Below are positions 61,043 through 64,000 of a stretch of DNA of 64,000 bases, in pieces. Below the pieces are notes generated by a model that saw nothing but the letters and a program-made list of their open reading frames with translations, searched no databases and was not told the DNA's origin. The translations under genes were made by a program, and so were the position numbers. Numbering within the stretch: position 1 is the first letter of the stretch; every line of letters begins with the position of its first letter. The stretch lies in NCBI GenBank assembly GCA_937124615.1, contig CAKZKR010000043.1:1615-65614 (forward strand), in the 5' to 3' direction. The stretch comes from an uncultured bacterium. Its GTDB lineage: Bacteria; Hydrogenedentota; Hydrogenedentia; Hydrogenedentales; Hydrogenedentaceae.

Positions 61043-64000
61043 ATGGGAAACGGGACAATTTTCAGTTTCGATTTAGGGACAGGAAGCATTGCAACCTGCG
61101 TCCGTCAAGACGAAGAAATCAAATACATCCATGTTGAAACCCTCCCCGGCGAATTTGCCACCCTAAAAGAGACACGAGAACGGCGACGCCAAATCCGAAC
61201 ACGCCTCGCTCACAAACAACGCGAAGAGTGGTGGAAAATACATGCAAAAGAAGCCGGTATCGAAGTGTTAGAAACGGGACATTTAGACGAAAAAGGAAAC
61301 TTCATCTCACCCGACCCACGACTAACCTGCGAATTTTCAAAAAAAGGCAACCCTACGATTTACAACTCCTTGCTTCTTCGTATCGCACTTCTACAAGGTA
61401 AAAAATTAGAAGGTTGGCAGATTTTCAAAGCCATCTGGAACGCTATTCAAAGACGCGGGTATGATGAAAACATCCCGTGGAAACACAAATTAGAAGCCGA
61501 AAAAACGGAAGATGATAACGAACAAGAAAACTCAAAACAAACCAAAGGGAAGAAAAGCAAAAAGAAGGAAGATGCGAACTCCGAAGACGAAGAACAGAAA
61601 ATTAGACAAGCGGTTATCAAATATAAAGAAAAATTAAACAATACATTTGGAGACAAAGAAGAATACAAATATCCTTCCTACTTAGAAGCATACCTTTTAG
61701 GAATCTGGTCGCCGGACGAGCCCGATAATTTAACAAAAACCATATCCGAAAACCCGGAACCTATACGAAATAAAGATGGAAATATAAAACTTATAACACC
61801 TACAGAACTCGTAGAAAAGGAATTAAAACAACTTCTTGTCAAAGTAGGGGAACAGAATGAATATATCAAAAAGAATTTAAATTATATCCTCTATGGTCCT
61901 TCTGGATGTCGTTATGGCGCCTACATTCTTCCTAAATACCGCGGATACATGGGAAAAGACTGGGAATGGCAGGGACTCCTCTCTCAAAAAACCCCACGCT
62001 TCGATAACCGCATCGTTTACAAATGCCGGCTCATGCCTCGCTTCAATGTCTGCAAAAGAAAAGATCTCCTTTCCCAAGAAGTCATTTTCTTAATGAAATT
62101 AAAAAATTTCAGGTTTGTAGATGCAGAAACCGGTGAAGAAAAAATGCTTACCCCTGAGCAAATACAAAAAATGTTCAACGATTTCCAAAATACCCTAAAA
62201 ATCAATAACCGTGAACTAAAAAAATACTTAAAAGAAAACTTCAAAGGAGAAATACATCCCTCTTTTCCCGCTATTGACGCACCCAACACAAAAGGAAGGG
62301 CTTCCTTCTGCCGACCCACATTAAAAATTATCAAAGAGATTATTCTATCCGGCAAATCTCCTCATACTTTATATCAAGAATACACTTCCTCTAACACCAA
62401 TACAGACCCTAAAAAAGGACTTATTAACAATGACTATAAATTCCTCCTAAAAATGCCCACAGAGTGGGAAAACTTCCATATACCTGACGAAAGAGAAGAT
62501 GAGGCACAACTTAACGAAGATGAACGAATTAAAGTAATTTACAACATACTATCTAAGATTACAAATCCTGTTGTAAGACATCGGTTATTATTGTTCTACC
62601 GAAAATTACAATATCTTAAACAAGAGTTTGGAATACCCAATATAGTCATGCTCGAATTTGCCCGTGATCCTGAAGAACTACTCGCTGGCGAAGAACGAAA
62701 GAAAAAATACTTAAAACTTCAAAAAGAAAATCGGCAGAAAAAAGAAAAGGCAGAAAAAATTTATCAAGAATTAAAAAATGGAAATGTTAACTTAAAAGGT
62801 CGCTCTATTTTACTTAAAATTCAACTATGGCAAGAACAAAATGGAATAGACCCCTATTCAGGAGAACAAATCCCTCAAACAAAAATTAACCTCTATGAAA
62901 TTGACCACATCGTTCCGCGAGAAATGGGAGGCTCTGATGCCTACTTCAATAAAGTTTTAACTTCACCTGAAAAGAATCGTGAAAAGGCAAAGAGAACCCC
63001 TTATCAAATGTTCAAAGGGAATATCTCTGATTGGAAAAAATATCTGAACACTATAGAAAAAATCACAAACTTAAGTAAGAAAAAAAGAGCACTACTCACA
63101 TCAGAAAATCCAGAAGAACTTATTGAAAGATACACCCATTTAGCAGAAACCGCCTATATCTCACGGCTTGCACAAAAAATCTGTCATCTCTTCTTCGGAT
63201 GGGAACAACTAACAAAAGGCTCACAAAGAAAAGTTTTCGTAGTTTCGGGTGCCTTTACAAGAAAAATTAGAACCATCTTTGAACTGGACCGAATTCTATA
63301 TCCTGACCTTTCTGATGAAGAATACAAAGAATTACTCACGAAAGGAGAAATCCAGAAGAAAAACCGGGACAATCCGCGTCACCATGTCTTGGACACTATC
63401 GTGCTTTCTATCATCCCTGAAATTAAATACAACCCTGAACGAGAAAAAGACGATTATCCCGTATGGTTCAATAAAGAATATTGTCGCCAATACATTGAAA
63501 AATGTTTCCCAAGACCTATTCGTTTCGTAAAAGCCAAATTAGCAGAAACCATTTACGGCTTACGAGAAAGAAATGATTATACAGAAGAGGAAAAGAAAAA
63601 AGGCAAAAAACAATATGTCTTTGTAACACGATTTGGAACAGGAACTACCCTAAAAGAGTATGATGACTTAAAATTTGCTAAAAAAAATGTAGAATCCATA
63701 TACAGTTATAACATTCGACAAGATCTTATGAAAAAATTAGAAGAAAAACCAGCACCCGAAGAATGGAAAGTCTTCCTTCACAACTACCGTGCCGGCGGAA
63801 AACCTAAAAAAATTCTGGTAAAAGCGAGCAGTTATATTGATGAAGAAGAAGTTCAAAAATTTTTAAACGGAGAAATTCCTAATTTAGGTGAGTTTATTAA
63901 AGGAAAAATGCCCGGACAATTCCTAAAGCAAAAAAAGGAGTCTAACGGATATTTTGTTTATAAAGATGAAAAAGGAAAGTGGCAACGCGAAATTATCTAC
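61043..64000 (+). CDS. cas9: type II CRISPR RNA-guided endonuclease Cas9 (divergent; 3' end beyond the window, at least 986 aa)
   Basis: Manual translation shows no stop from ATG 61043 to 64000. Motifs: RuvC-I FSFD10LGTGS, Arg-rich bridge helix RERRRQIRTRLAHKQR, QRRGY, NPVVRHRL, RuvC-II MLE538FARD, HNH EIDH622IVP..GGSDAYFN636KVL..N645..K.KRTPY, ETAYI, RuvC-III RDNPRHH781VLD784, ETIYG. Confidence 0.93.
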   Translation, partial: MGNGTIFSFDLGTGSIATCVRQDEEIKYIHVETLPGEFATLKETRERRRQIRTRLAHKQREEWWKIHAKEAGIEVLETGHLDEKGNFISPDPRLTCEFSKKGNPTIYNSLLLRIALLQGKKLEGWQIFKAIWNAIQRRGYDENIPWKHKLEAEKTEDDNEQENSKQTKGKKSKKKEDANSEDEEQKIRQAVIKYKEKLNNTFGDKEEYKYPSYLEAYLLGIWSPDEPDNLTKTISENPEPIRNKDGNIKLITPTELVEKELKQLLVKVGEQNEYIKKNLNYILYGPSGCRYGAYILPKYRGYMGKDWEWQGLLSQKTPRFDNRIVYKCRLMPRFNVCKRKDLLSQEVIFLMKLKNFRFVDAETGEEKMLTPEQIQKMFNDFQNTLKINNRELKKYLKENFKGEIHPSFPAIDAPNTKGRASFCRPTLKIIKEIILSGKSPHTLYQEYTSSNTNTDPKKGLINNDYKFLLKMPTEWENFHIPDEREDEAQLNEDERIKVIYNILSKITNPVVRHRLLLFYRKLQYLKQEFGIPNIVMLEFARDPEELLAGEERKKKYLKLQKENRQKKEKAEKIYQELKNGNVNLKGRSILLKIQLWQEQNGIDPYSGEQIPQTKINLYEIDHIVPREMGGSDAYFNKVLTSPEKNREKAKRTPYQMFKGNISDWKKYLNTIEKITNLSKKKRALLTSENPEELIERYTHLAETAYISRLAQKICHLFFGWEQLTKGSQRKVFVVSGAFTRKIRTIFELDRILYPDLSDEEYKELLTKGEIQKKNRDNPRHHVLDTIVLSIIPEIKYNPEREKDDYPVWFNKEYCRQYIEKCFPRPIRFVKAKLAETIYGLRERNDYTEEEKKKGKKQYVFVTRFGTGTTLKEYDDLKFAKKNVESIYSYNIRQDLMKKLEEKPAPEEWKVFLHNYRAGGKPKKILVKASSYIDEEEVQKFLNGEIPNLGEFIKGKMPGQFLKQKKESNGYFVYKDEKGKWQREIIY

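Noticed and set aside
61447..63530. short ORFs listed in the track (61447-61668, 61678-61869, 61877-62077, 61893-62093, 62017-62355, 63184-63372, 63249-63530)
   Set aside because: shadow ORFs inside or antisense to cas9

Overview
This is a low-GC (roughly mid-30s %, by eye) chromosomal segment from a diderm bacterium (LptE, BamD, many lipoproteins). A Hydrogenedentota-like lineage is a guess only. Most of it is housekeeping and accessory metabolism: miaB-pepA-mtaB-larE, a fused 2-oxoacid dehydrogenase E1, TlpA/DsbD redoxins, nucleotide-sugar genes (gmd, rmd, wbpA-like), bamD-lptE-holA, queE, glycoside hydrolases, fadN-fadA, cls, flgM and tRNA-His. Several features are absent from the ORF track. 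(1) An open frame from 61043 to the window end (at least 986 aa) encodes a divergent Cas9 with intact RuvC-I/II/III and HNH motifs. (2) Two tandem candidate small RNAs lie in the 17.5-18.0 kb gap, each with a near-consensus sigma28 promoter like the one upstream of flgM and its own terminator; one carries CsrA-type GGA hairpins, the other an exposed anti-Shine-Dalgarno sequence. (3) The tRNA-His gene lacks genomic G-1 and has G1:U72/A73, and an antisense ORF overlaps it. (4) A small decayed islet lies at 34.8-36.5 kb. (5) The local G/C skew flips abruptly at about 41.55 kb.
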